Shown piece by piece: positions 27,251 through 40,503 of a stretch of DNA of 64,000 nt. Position numbers and translations under genes: made by a program. Each line of letters starts with the position of its first letter. Position 1 is the stretch's first letter. Under the pieces are notes generated by a model. That model was not told where the DNA came from. It saw only the letters and a list, made by a program, of their open reading frames with translations, and ran no database searches. The DNA comes from Octopus vulgaris (Eukaryota). The stretch is taken from positions 116,622,001 through 116,686,000 of the forward strand of contig OX597821.1 in assembly GCA_951406725.2 (NCBI GenBank), given 5' to 3'.

Positions 27251-28279
27251 GTAGAAAGGATTATTATCATAATCATCATCATCATCGTCGTCGTCGTTGT
27301 TGTAGTTATTATTATTATTACTATTACTAATTTTATTGGCAAGCTGGCATCTTGTTTGGTTCAATAAAATAAATAACAGTTCATCGATGTAATCGACTAC
27401 CCATCCCCCTAAAATTGCTGGCTTTATGCCAAAATTTGAAACCATTATTATTATTATTATAATCATTATTCAAGTTCACCAGTCTCAAACACTTGCTATG
27501 GTGATATGTATATATATATATATATGTATATATATAAATTATTTATTCATATGTATTACATACAAATGATACACTTTATTTTATTGGCTTCAAAGAAGCT
27601 ATGAGATGTTGCACAACCACTCAACTCTGAATGCATTGCTTCTTACAGCAGAAACAGCTGTAAGCTAATGAAAGTGATTATGTAACTCCTCTTTTGTCAT
27701 TCATTCATTGATCATCATCATCATCATCATTGTTTAACGTCTGTTTTCCATTCTAGCATAGGTTGGACGGTTCGACCGGGGTCTGGGAAGCCAGGAGGCT
27801 GCACCAGGCTCCAGTCTGATGTGGCAGTGTTTCTACAGCTGGATGCCCTTCCTAACACCAACCACTACATGAGTGTAGTGGGTGCTTTTTACATGCCACC
27901 GGCACAGGGGCCAGACGAGGCTGGCAAACGGCCACGTCGGTTGGTGCTTTTATGTGTCACCAACACGGATGCCAGTCAGGTGGCACTGGTATCTGCCACA
28001 TTCGGACGGGGCATTTTACATGTCAACTGGCATGGGCATCACAACTACAATTTCCATTTGATTATTATTTTGATGTTGGTGTTGACGTACTTGACTCAGT
28101 AGGTCTCCTCAAGAACAGCGGGTCACTCTACGGTCCAAGGTTAGCACAGGAGGCCATCCTGCAAGCCATGAACTCACTTCATTTGTCGGGTCTTCACAGC
28201 ATATCTCAGAGGTCTCAGTCTTCGTCATTTCCTCTGTGAGGCCCTGTGTGCATAGGTGTGTGTATGTGTGTGTTTGTGA
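27251..28279 (-). repeat. Right arm of the ~1.02-kb inverted duplication
   Basis: Reverse complement of 23840-24859. Confidence 0.93.
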
Positions 28280-28524
28280 TTTGTGAGACGGAAACTGAAA
28301 GAAGCCAGTCGTATATATACATATGTTTATGTTTGTGTGACTGCATTTGTCCCCCCATCATCACTTGTGCTAACATCCCCATAACTTAACGGTTCAGCGA
28401 AAGATACCAATAGAATAAGTACTAGGCTTACGAAGAAGAAGTATTGGGGTCGATTTTGCTGAACTAAAGGTTGTGCTCCAGCATGACCACAGTAAAATGA
28501 CTGAAACAATTAAAAGAATAAAAG

Positions 28525-28579
<55 letters not shown>

Positions 28580-28706
28580 TCTTATATACAAACATATACA
28601 CACACATACACACATGCTACAACTTCTTCCAGTGACACATGAAGGGGGATTCTACTTTAGACTTCCAACAAAAAGAACATCGCCGCCACCACCACCGCCG
28701 CCGCCG

Positions 28707-28737
<31 letters not shown>

Positions 28738-29367
28738 AAGTCAAGCTGTCCCTTTGATGAGTCAGCCCTTGACTGTTACCTTATCCTGACCTTAGAGTTT
28801 TTCAAATAACCCAACTACCTGTAGGCCTGCCTACCTGTGCACCTATCTAAGCACCCACTGCCCTGCCCCATCTCTTTCTCCCTAACTTACTTAGGGACCC
28901 TTTACCATCTACCCATACTTCTACTCACCCTTCTTCTTACTTACCCTAAACCACCACCAACAACAAGAGCTGCAGCAACAGGGATCTCCAAAACAAAATA
29001 CAGGACAAAAACAACTCAAACCAACCACAATCACAACAACAACAGCAACAAAAGCACATTAATAACAGCAACAGCAATAAACTGCCCCCCTCCCACCTCC
29101 TGCGTGGACCACAATCAGTATAATCAAAACAACAACAGCAACAACCTCAACCACTAAGACCCATTCTTCTTCTGACACAAACCACTTCAAAGAAACTTCA
29201 GTCATTCAATCATAGAAAGGAGACCCTTCACCTCTTCACCTATGCATACACACAAACACATACATGTATATACACACACACATATATAACATACATATAT
29301 ACACACACATACATTTATAATACACATCCACATAAACACATATGCATATATACAAGAGTATATACAT

Positions 29368-29401
<34 letters not shown>

Positions 29402-29637
29402 GCTCACACACATGCATATGCATATATACACGTGTATATATATATATATATATACACATATATAATATATATTTATACACACACATACATATATAATATA
29501 CATATATTATATGTGCATGTGTGTGTGTGTATACAGATAGAAAGATTGATAGATAGATAGATAGATGAATGTATGTATATACGCATATATATATAATACA
29601 GCATAACAAACCTCTCCAAACAATCTATGTGGTGACA

Positions 29638-29682
<45 letters not shown>

Positions 29683-30778
29683 CACTGCTGCTGCTGCTGC
29701 CGATAAATCTTTTCAAATGTGACTCTATCATCTTCAGGGAGGAAAGGTCACAGTCAGAACATCTTTGATCGTATGTCTGCTCAATCAGGACCAACCTAAG
29801 ACACAAACATACACACACACATCATCATCATCAACAACACAACCACCACCACCACCACCTAAAGCCAATCACTCTACAGAGTGTACTGGGTGCCTTTAAC
29901 ACGGCACCAGCACCAATGAGAATCACCATGCAGCCTTCAACACTAGAAACCCTGAGGGAGATGGGGATTGGTTTGGAGATTGTCTGGGGATGAGGGGGTT
30001 AAATAGGGGCTGATCAAGAGTATTAAGGGCCCTCGGGCATAACTGTTTACCGAGCTCCCTTGAATGTGTGTTTTAGTAGAATTAACATGTAGAGTGTGGG
30101 CCCCTCAGGCAGTGACTGATTGACCAACAGCTCAGTCCGCCCCTGGGGTTAAAGTATGAGGTGGGGCAGAGTAGGTTCTTCCTTGAGAGTTGCATGGTTC
30201 CTTACATTTAGGAGAGGAGAAAGAGAAAGGTCAGTAATAGGGGTGACGTGATACATAGTAGAGAAGAAGTGTCTGGGTGGCCCCTAAAGGCATGAGATCA
30301 ATAGAGAAGTGGGTGGGTTTGGGGTTTACAAGATTGTATGGGGAGCAGGAGATGAAGGAATGGGGAGGCAGCCTGCATCTGTAAATAATCCTTTCTACTC
30401 TAGGCACAAGGACTGGATTTTGTCGGGGCGGGGGACAGTTGATCACATTGTATTATTAATTTGCATATCGATGTATATTGTTTTGTTCGATTTTCATGTT
30501 CCTATTTGTGTAATTAATAAATAATATGGAATTGTAATATCTGGAAGTTGATGATCAAAATGAATTTGTTCCTCCATTTTCTTATTTGTATTATGAATTT
30601 ATGGTAAAATATTTTACCTTCACCCATCCAATACAATAAATGAATTAATTGCATTGCAATTATAAGCATTTATGTATTTAATATTTAGGTACTTCACCAG
30701 CAGTATATTGGATAACTGATATCCCATAGTGGGTTACACTCATAACCCCTATCTCACTTTGTACTACACACACACACT

Positions 30779-30809
<31 letters not shown>

Positions 30810-30864
30810 GTATATATATATATATATAAATATATATATATGTGTGTGTGTATGTATGTATATA

Positions 30865-30900
<36 letters not shown>

Positions 30901-31165
30901 TGTATGTATGTATGTATGTATATATGATCGTTGCCAGAGCAGCTAACTGACTTTCGTGCCGGTAGCACATAAAAGCACCCACTACATTCTCGGAGTGGTT
31001 GGCGTTAGGAAGGGCATCCAGCTGTAGAAACTCTGCCAGATCAAGATTGGAGCCTGGTGCAGCCATCTGGTTTGCCAGTCCTCAGTCAAATCGTCCAACC
31101 CATGCTAGCATGGAAAACTGACATTAAGCAATGATGATGATGATGATTTTACATATTTATGTATG

Positions 31166-31199
<34 letters not shown>

Positions 31200-32114
31200 T
31201 GTATGTATGTATATATATGTATGTATATATGTATGTATATATATATATATATATATTCATACAAAACATTGAATAAAAGAAAACATCAAAGAAAGGTCAC
31301 AGAGTGTAGAAGGTGACAAAGAATGATGACCAAATCAAGAGAACCGTGTGTCTAAGAGATTTGTTTATGGTCTTTAGACAGAAAGAAGAGAAGGAAAATA
31401 AACTCTTGTGATTTGCTTTTGTGTCTGGCTTCTTGAAGCTAGTTTATTGCAGCTTCCTTTATGGTTAAGCTCCTTTCAAGACTGTCATCCAATTCTTGTA
31501 AGCTTCTTATCTCTTACATTATCCCATGACCATGTTTGGCAACCAGTAACGAAGGTAACATAAAAGCTAGCATTCTAGAAAACTTTTGATAATCTATAAC
31601 TGACATCGATAAATTTCTGTTAGATTATAATTTTCTGGACAATCAACCATATTTTTACTGCATTTACAATATAAGTGGCTGTGTGATAAGAATTTTGCTT
31701 CCTAACCATATGGTTCTGGGTTGAGCCCCACTGCATGGCACCTTGGGCAGGTGTCTCTCCTACTTTATTTAGCCTTGGGCTGACCAAAGCCTTGTGAGTG
31801 GATTTATTGACCTGAAAGGATGAAAGTCAAAGTCAACCTTGGCAATGGGTGAAATATCACTAAAAGCATAACAATTCTGCCAGCTCACCACCTTAAAATA
31901 TTGGTTTCATATTTTGGCACAAGGCCAGAAATGTTGAGAGAGAGGATAAGGGCAACAATATCAACCCCTTGTGCTTGACTGGTACTTGTTTTATTGAACC
32001 TGGGAGAATGAGAGACGAAGTCGACCTCAGCAGTATTTGAACCTAGAATATACACATGGATGAAATGTTGCTAAGCACTTTGGTGCTTAGCCTGGTTTGC
32101 TAACAATTCTGCCA

Positions 32115-33210
32115 AGGTGCCGTGATGGCTGAGGACATGCGTAAGCTTGCAAGGAATGAAACCAGTATGCTTCGCTGGATGTGTAATGTCAGTGTGCATA
32201 CACGACAGAGTGTAAGTGCCCTGAGAGAGAAGTTGGATTTCAGAAGCATCAGATGTGGTGTGCAAGAGTGATGACTGCACTGGTATGATTATGTATTGTG
32301 AATGGATGAGGACAGCTGTGTGAAAAAGTGTCACACCCTAGCAGTTGAGGAAACATGTGGAAGAGGTAGACCCAGGAAAACCTGGGATGAAAACCTTCGA
32401 ACATTGGGCCTTACTGAGGTAATGACTAGTGATCAAAACCTTTGGAAATATGCTGTCCTTGAGAAGACCCGACAAGCCAAGTGAGACCATGGCCCACTTA
32501 TGAATACCCCTCATTCATTGGACAATAAACCTTTGCGAAGACCTATTGTGGTAAGTGAAATCAAAATCAAAATCACTGACGTGGCCAATGACAGTACCTC
32601 CTGATTGCACTCATGCCAGTGGAATGATAAAAGCACATCCAAATGTGGGGTGTAAACAGGCCATTTATGAGTGCCCCTCATTCATCGGACAATGAACCTT
32701 GTGAAGACCTATTGAGGCAAGTGTAAACAAATCAAAATCGTTGACGTGTCCGATGACAGTACCACCTGATTGGCACTCGTGCCAGTGGAACGTTAAAGGC
32801 ACATTTGAGCATGATTATTGCCAGGGCCACAGACTGGCTCCCATGCCAGTGGCATATGAAAAGCACCATTCGAGCGTGGTTTTTGCCAGCATTGCCTTAC
32901 CGGCACATGTGATAGTGGCATGTGAAAAACAACATTCGAGTGTGGTCGTTGCTAGTGCCACCGCACTGGCCCTCGTGCCGGTGGCACATAAAGGCACCTA
33001 CTATACTCTCAGAGTGGTTGGCATTAAGAAGGTCATTCAGCTGTAGAAACTTTGCCAGATCAGATTGGTGCCTGGTGCAGCCATCTGGCTCACCAGTCCT
33101 CAGTCAAACCATCCAACCCATGCCAGCATGGAAAGCAGACGTTAAACGATGATGATAATGATGATGATGATGGTGATGATGATGGTGATGATGGTGATGA
33201 TGGTGATGAC
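32115..33210 (+). mobile_element. Degenerate RTE LINE 3' fragment
   Basis: MDEDSCVKKCHTLAVEETCGRGRPRKTW, 3'UTR repeats and GAT tail. Confidence 0.85.
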
Positions 33211-33292
33211 ATAATACACATAAAACTAAGATAAAAGTTTCACAAAAGAGTTTGATATGAAATGCAAATGCTTATAATATCACAATACACAC

Positions 33293-33381
<89 letters not shown>

Positions 33382-33715
33382 CACACACACATTTGCAATG
33401 ATGCTGAATTTTGTTTGAAAGATTATGAAATGTCAGAATTTAGAGGGAAAGAGAAACAAGATTAGATTCAAAGACACTCTGTGTATACATATACCCACCC
33501 GACCACATTCATACATATACCCACCCGACCACACATACATACACACACACACACACACGTACATACGTACATACATACATACATACATACATACATACAT
33601 AAACACACACACACGTACATACGTACATACCTACATACATACATGCATATTGTCATACATACATACATATAGCGTAGAAGCATATGAAAGTATACTGAGG
33701 CACTTGAGCAGTTAT

Positions 33716-33749
<34 letters not shown>

Positions 33750-34502
33750 ACACACAGACACAGATACACATGCACACACAAACACACACATAAACACACA
33801 CACAAACACATACACACATATACATAAACACACACACATGCACACACACACAAACACAGACACACATGCACACACATAAACACACACGTGCGCACGCACA
33901 CACACACAAACACACACTAGTACACACACAGACAACACATGTGCACACACACACAAACACAGACACACATGCACACACACACACAAACACACTCACACAC
34001 ACACACACATTTGCAATGATTTGTATTTTGCATGAAGTATGAATGTCAAAATAGAGAAAGACAGAAAGAGAGAGAGAGCTATATTAAACAACAACAATCA
34101 TCATCATCATCATCATCATCATCACTACCATCACCATCACCACCACCATCATTATAATCATCATCTTCACCACCACCACCACCACCACCATCATCATGTC
34201 TGTTTCCCCATCCTGGCATGGCTTGGACAGACCACAAATGAAACGTTACATAACCTCCCCTGGCGTTTCCATATAAATTTCTACCAACATTTTATTACCA
34301 TATCCAAACCTCTGGATGATTCATTCCAGAACTCTACAGAGATAGAAACAATCTGATTGGAAGAGACAGACAGAGAGACAGAGAGAAACAAAGACAAAGA
34401 GAGAGAGAGAGAGAGAGAGAGAGAACATTTTGGGTTCTAATTGTGATTAAAGCTAAACGAGATTTAATCATCCTTTTGGAGTTAATAAAAAAATATCATC
34501 CC

Positions 34503-34921
34503 AAAGGCGGCGAGCTGGCAGAAACGTTTGCATGCCGGGCGAAATGCATAGCCATATTTTGTCTGTCGTTATGTTCCGAGTTCAAATTCCACCAAGGTCG
34601 ACTTTGCCTTTCATCCTTTCGGGGTTGATAAATTAAGTACTAGTTACGCACTGGGGTTGAATGTAATCGACTTAATACCTATGTCTATCCTTGTTTGTCC
34701 CCTCAGTGTTTAGCCCCTTGTGGGTAGTAAAGAAATAGGTATTTCGTCTGCCGTTACGTTCTGAGTTCAAATTCCGCTGAGGTCAACTTTGCCTTTCATC
34801 CTTTCGGGGTCGATAAATTAAGTACCAGTTACGCACTGGGGTCAATATAATCGACTTAATCCGTTTGTCTGTCCTTGTTTGTCCCCTCTGTGTTTAGCCC
34901 CTTGTGGGCAATAAAGAAATA
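34503..34921 (+). mobile_element. Tandem family B SINEs
   Basis: Full unit followed by a 5'-truncated second unit starting at about 34738. Confidence 0.82.
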
Positions 34922-36860
34922 AATTAAAAAATATCATCCCAATGATAGAATTGTAATAGTAGTATGGATGCCTTGTAGTATTTCTTCTGGTCCTTACTGT
35001 TGTGGATTTGAATCCCTCTGTAGCGTATTTGGGTGGTTGATTTAACCTGTCCCCTAGTTTAACACAACCACCTGCACCTTGTGTGTCTTTAGTGGACTCC
35101 ATTTGATTGCAAACTTTTGGGCCTGAGATCCAGTTTGAGGAGAACTACTTCCTTCCCTCTCATCTGGTTCCTGTCACTGCTTTCTATCCTGACTTTGTAC
35201 ACACTCACACACATGACAGGTATTGGTATCCAGAAGATACCAATCCAAAATGACAGGTAAGGGTATGTAAGTGCTATGAAAGGACCAAAGTTAGACTCCA
35301 TATTTTGGCTGGTTTTTAATAAAGTACATTACTCATAAGGTGCAGGAGTGGCTGTGTGGTAAGTAGCTTGCCTACCAACCATATGGTTCCGGGCTCAGTC
35401 CCACGGCGTGGCACCTTGGGCAAGTGTCTGCTACTATAGTCTTGGGCCGACCAAAGCCTTGTGAGTGGATTTGGTAGACAGGAACTGAAAGAAGCCCATC
35501 ATATATATATATATATACATATATATATATGTATCATCATCATCATCATAATCTTCACCACCACCACCACCACCACCACCACCACCACCATCACCTTCAT
35601 CATTGTCATCACCATCAACACTGTCATCACCATCATCACCATCATCACCATCTCCACCACCACCAACATCATGCCATTTCTTTAGTGTTCACTAATCATG
35701 AAATGTGTGATTCCACCACCACCACCACCACCACCACCACCACCCGCTACAATGCCTCATCCCATGAAAGGGAAATGGCCCTCCAAGCCAACCCACGAAG
35801 GTGACATTTTCCGCAAAAAGAACTTGCACAGCGTTATTTTCGTATGGTTTATCCTGAGAGAACCATTAATGCCAGGACTGTGAATTGGGATCCTGGAAAT
35901 TCCCTGATGTCATCAAAATCATGAGAGGAAATGGTAATGGAAGAATAAGAGAAGGAGCGGGAGGAGGTGGTGGCATGGGTAGAATAGATAATGTAATGAC
36001 AGAGGGGAGGGAAGAGATGGGAGAGAGATAGAGGGAGGGAGAGAGGGGGAGGGAGGAAGAGAGAATGGGTGTATGTGTGCACGTGAGAGACAGACAGACA
36101 AATTGATGGACAAAGAGACAGACAGACAGGCAGAAAGACAGACACACACACACACACACACAGGCAGTGATGGAAAAAGAGATAGACAGACAGACAGACA
36201 CTTACACACACACACACAGAGGCAGTGATGGACAGACACAGACAGACAATCACACACACACACACACACACAAACACACACAAAGAGGCAGAGATATGAA
36301 TAATGACATGGCTGACATAGTAGAAACAATGTGCATGTGTGTGTGTTTGTGTGATTATGTGAGTGTGTGTATCTGTGTGTGTGTGTGAGTTTGAGTGTGT
36401 GTGTGTGAGACAGACCGGGAGACAGACTGATGACCAGACAGACAGACAGAAAGAGTCAGGAGGGAGAAAGAGAAAGAGTGGGGAAGGAAAAGTGTGAAAA
36501 GAGAGAAAGAAAGAGATGCTAAAATAGAAGTTACCCTCAAATAACAGACTTGGTTCAAAGGTGTGCGCCATAAAGGACTCAGGTGAAAGTATCCAAAGAC
36601 CCAGTGGGGGTATTCCACACATAATGGATTAGGTCCGCTATCCATGATCACTGAATTAGACAACTGGGTGCAGCTGTTTAGATGCTGGGAATTTGGCACG
36701 GCTGACTGGATAGTCAACCTGTTTGGGGGAGAGGACATTTTGGCCCTGGAGGCAAACACACACACACAGGTACGTACAGAAATATACACATAGAAATAGA
36801 GTGAGAGAGAGAGAGGTGGGAAATAGAGAAGGGAAGAGAGAGAAGGCGAGAGACAATACA

Positions 36861-36940
36861 ATTTTATTTATATTATTTACATTTGACAGATATTTGTCCC
36901 AAGATTCCGAGTTCAATTCCAGGCAGTGACCAGAATAATG

Positions 36941-36977
<37 letters not shown>

Positions 36978-37556
36978 CAACAACATCGAAAAATACCTTA
37001 GGAATGAGAACCCAGGTTTGAAATTTCTCCAAGACACCTGATGAAAGCTGGAGGCTACATCAGCCGAAACATTGTGTTAACAACAAACAAGATGAGGACA
37101 AATATCCGTCAAATGTAAATAATGTAAATAATGTAAATAATGTAAATAATGTAAATAATGTACTGGCACATAAAAGGCACCATTCGAGCGTGATCGTTAC
37201 CATCGTTACCATCGTTACCATCGTTACCATCGTTACCATCGTTACCAGCGTCGCCATACTGGCACCTGTGCCGGTGGCATGTGTAAAAAGATTCAAATGA
37301 GGTCGTTGCCAGTACCGCCTGACTGGCGCCCGTGCCAGTGGCACATTTAAGCACCCAGGCACCCTACACTCTCGGAGTGGTTCGCATTAGGAAGGGCATC
37401 CAGCTGTAGAAACTCTGCCGGATCAAGATTGGAGCCTGGTGCAGCCATCTGGTTCGCCAGCCTTCAGTCAAAATCGTCCAACCCATGCTAGCATGGAAAG
37501 CGGATGTTAAACGATGATGATGATGATGATTCCTCATCTCTTAATTATAAAACTGA
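36861..37556 (+). mobile_element. Family D (tRNA head plus hammerhead) element with an inverted copy of its tail at the 5' end, interrupted by an RTE 3'UTR (37161-37530)
   Basis: B box GAGTTCAATTCC, (AAT)n, CTGATGA...GAAAC motif and (AATGTAAAT)n tail. 36861-36899 is the reverse complement of the tail. The tail resumes as TTCCTCATCTCTTAA after the RTE. Confidence 0.75.
37033..37078 (+). ncRNA. Minimal hammerhead ribozyme-like motif in the family D element
   Basis: GACAC-CTGATGA-(AA)GCTGG...TCAGC(C)-GAAAC-ATT-GTGTT: stem I GACAC/GTGTT, stem II, core intact, stem III vestigial. Confidence 0.55.
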
Positions 37557-38267
37557 GAAATATGCTTACATGTATAAACAGAAGGAGAGAGAGACAAGGA
37601 GAGACAGACAGACACATACAGAGAAAGAGAGTGAAAGAAAGAAAGAAAGAAAGAAAAGGATGCGCAGAAAATGTGGGAATCGCTTAGAAATCTGATGTCA
37701 AGTAAGTCAGCGTCAAATCAAAGATGGCAAAGCAGCTGTACCAAAACGTCTCAAACTCTCAAGAACTGACCTACCCAATGGGATTCCATGCAGTTTCTGT
37801 CTCCCCTAATTTTAATTTCACTCACAAAGTTTGGGTTAATCTGAAGTTATACTAGAAAGCATTTACCCCATGTGCGAACTGTTCAGTGGTATTGAACCGA
37901 GAACCAAGAAATTGCTGAGCAAACGTTTTTACCACAAAGCCAAGTAGTGTAAAGCATTAGAGTATACCTTGGAGATACATTGTATCTTTAGCTCAGTGGT
38001 TCTCAACTGAGGTCTACATGACCCTTGGGGGTTCACATGGCCCTTAGGGGTCCATATGGCCTTTGGTGAGTCCACATAAGATTTTGTAATTTAAATCTAT
38101 GTGCAATAAGTGCACATGTGGTTGTGTGGTAAGAAGCTTGCTTCCCAATCACATGGTTCTGGGTTCAGTCCCACTGCATGGTACCTTGGGCAAGTGTCTA
38201 CTACTATAGCCTCGAGCCAACCAAAGCCTTGTGAGTTGATTTGGTTGATGGAAACTGAAAGAAGCTC

Positions 38268-38548
38268 ATTATTTACATTATTTACAATTGATGGATATTT
38301 GTCCTCATCTTGTGTGTTGTTAACATGTTTTGGCTGATATACCCTCCAGCCTTCATCAGGTGTCTTGGGGAAATTTTGCACCTAGGTTCTCATTCCTAAG
38401 ATATTTTTCAATGTCATTATTATTATTATTATTATTATTATCATCATCCTTATTCAGGTCACTGCCTGGAATTGAACTCGGAATCTTGGGATCAGCAGCC
38501 CGTGCTCTTAACAACTACGCCATATGCCTGTAGTGGTTAAGAGCACGG
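38268..38548 (-). mobile_element. Family D element, full head to tail, plus a 20-bp inverted duplication of its head
   Basis: Reverse complement has A box TGGCGTAGTTG, B box GAGTTCAATTCC, the hammerhead-like segment and the AATGTAAAT tail. 38529-38548 is an inverted copy of the head. Confidence 0.75.
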
Positions 38549-38976
38549 TATGGGTAATTCACACATCTTATCAAAATGTATGAGGAAACAAAGTCAATGG
38601 GTGTGGATTATTCACCCTCCCTACTCACCTCAGCTATTTTTTTCCACATTAAATTCAGATGGTGAGGATATAATTATGATCCACACCATCTGAGGTGTAT
38701 TTGTTGAAGATTTTATCAAAAACAATATCTGGTTTCCAGAAAGTTATGAGGAAACAAATCCCAGTTTGCCAATGTAGTCGAGGGTTCTTTACATATCTTT
38801 TCCTTCTCTTTGTTTCAGTTACTGGATTGTGTCCATGCTGGAGCACAACCTTGATGGGCTCAGTCGAACATATCCATCTCAGTAGTTTCTTTTTGTATCA
38901 CTCTCTTTCGCAGGGCGGTTGTCAAGCAGCAGGGTGGGGGTGGGGGCAAATACAAACACACATTCATAGATATATA

Positions 38977-39138
38977 GGCGCAGGAGTGGCTGTGTGGTAA
39001 GTAGCTTGCTTACCAACCACATGGTTCCGGGTTCAGTCCCACTGCTTGGCACCATGGGCAAATGTCTTCTACTATAGCCCCGGGCCAACCAAAGCCTTGT
39101 GAGTGGATTTGGTAGACGGAAACGGAAAGAAGCCCGTC

Positions 39139-39198
<60 letters not shown>

Positions 39199-39376
39199 GT
39201 ATGTTTGTTCCCCCCCCCCCCCAACATCGCTTGACAACCGATGCTGGTGTGTTCAGCAAGAGAGACCGATAGAATAAGTACTAGGCTTACAAAGAATAAG
39301 TCCTGGGGTCGATTTGCTCGACGAAAGGCACTGCTCCAGCATGGCCGCAGTCAAATGACTGAAACAAATAAAAGAA
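38977..39376 (+). mobile_element. tRNA-derived SINE family A, near full length
   Basis: Same structure as 23297-23712. Confidence 0.85.
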
Positions 39377-40045
39377 TACATAAATACACACACACACACG
39401 ATGGGCTTCTTTTAGTTTTCCGTCCAAAAATTCACGAATTCTGTTTATCAAATAAAAGATATTAGTTGGCCCAGGGCTATTGTAGAAGTCACCTGACCAA
39501 GGGATCTCGCATCGGGACTGACCCCATTATTACATGACTGGTGAGCAAGCTTCTCGTCCACACAGTTCCCACCTGTGCATTATAAGCAAAAGTGAAAGAA
39601 AAGCAAAAGACGGGATGGTCATAGCTGGAACGCTTTTGATCATAGATCTGCTTGACCATAGCTGCCTGAACAACAACAACAGCAGCAGAGATGATAAACA
39701 ACAAAAAAAGCATCAACGACAACCACAACCGCACGAAAAGCAATGGCGGCGGCGGCGGCGACGGCGACATCAACAATAACAACAACAACGGGATCTTATA
39801 ATAACAATTATATTATTTCTATTTTAGGAAAATAAATATTTCCAGCTGCTCAACTCGGGTATAAATAAGTAATTTCCTGAATATTTAATCAGTGTGAAAT
39901 TTCCTACACGTTTAGACCATGTTAAACAAGGTAATTTTTCTCACCACAAACAGAAGAAGCTGTTTTGTTGGAAACTGTTAAGTCCAAGTCTCTCAGGGGT
40001 GGAGAGAGGGAGAGAGAGAGAGAGAGAGGATGAGAGAGAGAGAGA

Positions 40046-40079
<34 letters not shown>

Positions 40080-40434
40080 GTGTCTTTCTGTGTCAGTATT
40101 TCATCCCTTTTGTATACACACACACACACATATATATATATGTATATATACATACATATATGAAATCTATATATAGATAAATATATATATATGGAAACAT
40201 ACACACACACATGAGTGCGCGTACACTCACACATGTATGAATATCCCTCTTTCATCTATCTATCTAGGTGTGTGTGTGTGTGTGTATGTGTATTTATACA
40301 TTTTATAAGGCGGTGCCTCAGCATGGCCGCATCTCTTAAATGAAACAAGTAACAATAAAAGAATATATAAATATATTTCATATATATGTATATATGTGTG
40401 TGTGTGTGTTAGATAGACAGACAGACAGACAGAC

Positions 40435-40503
<69 letters not shown>

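Noticed and set aside
34940-35310. Complex sequence with short ORFs (also 2112-2442, 43776-43958, 45050-45480)
   Set aside because: No recognisable homology or consistent splice signals; probably old transposon remnants.
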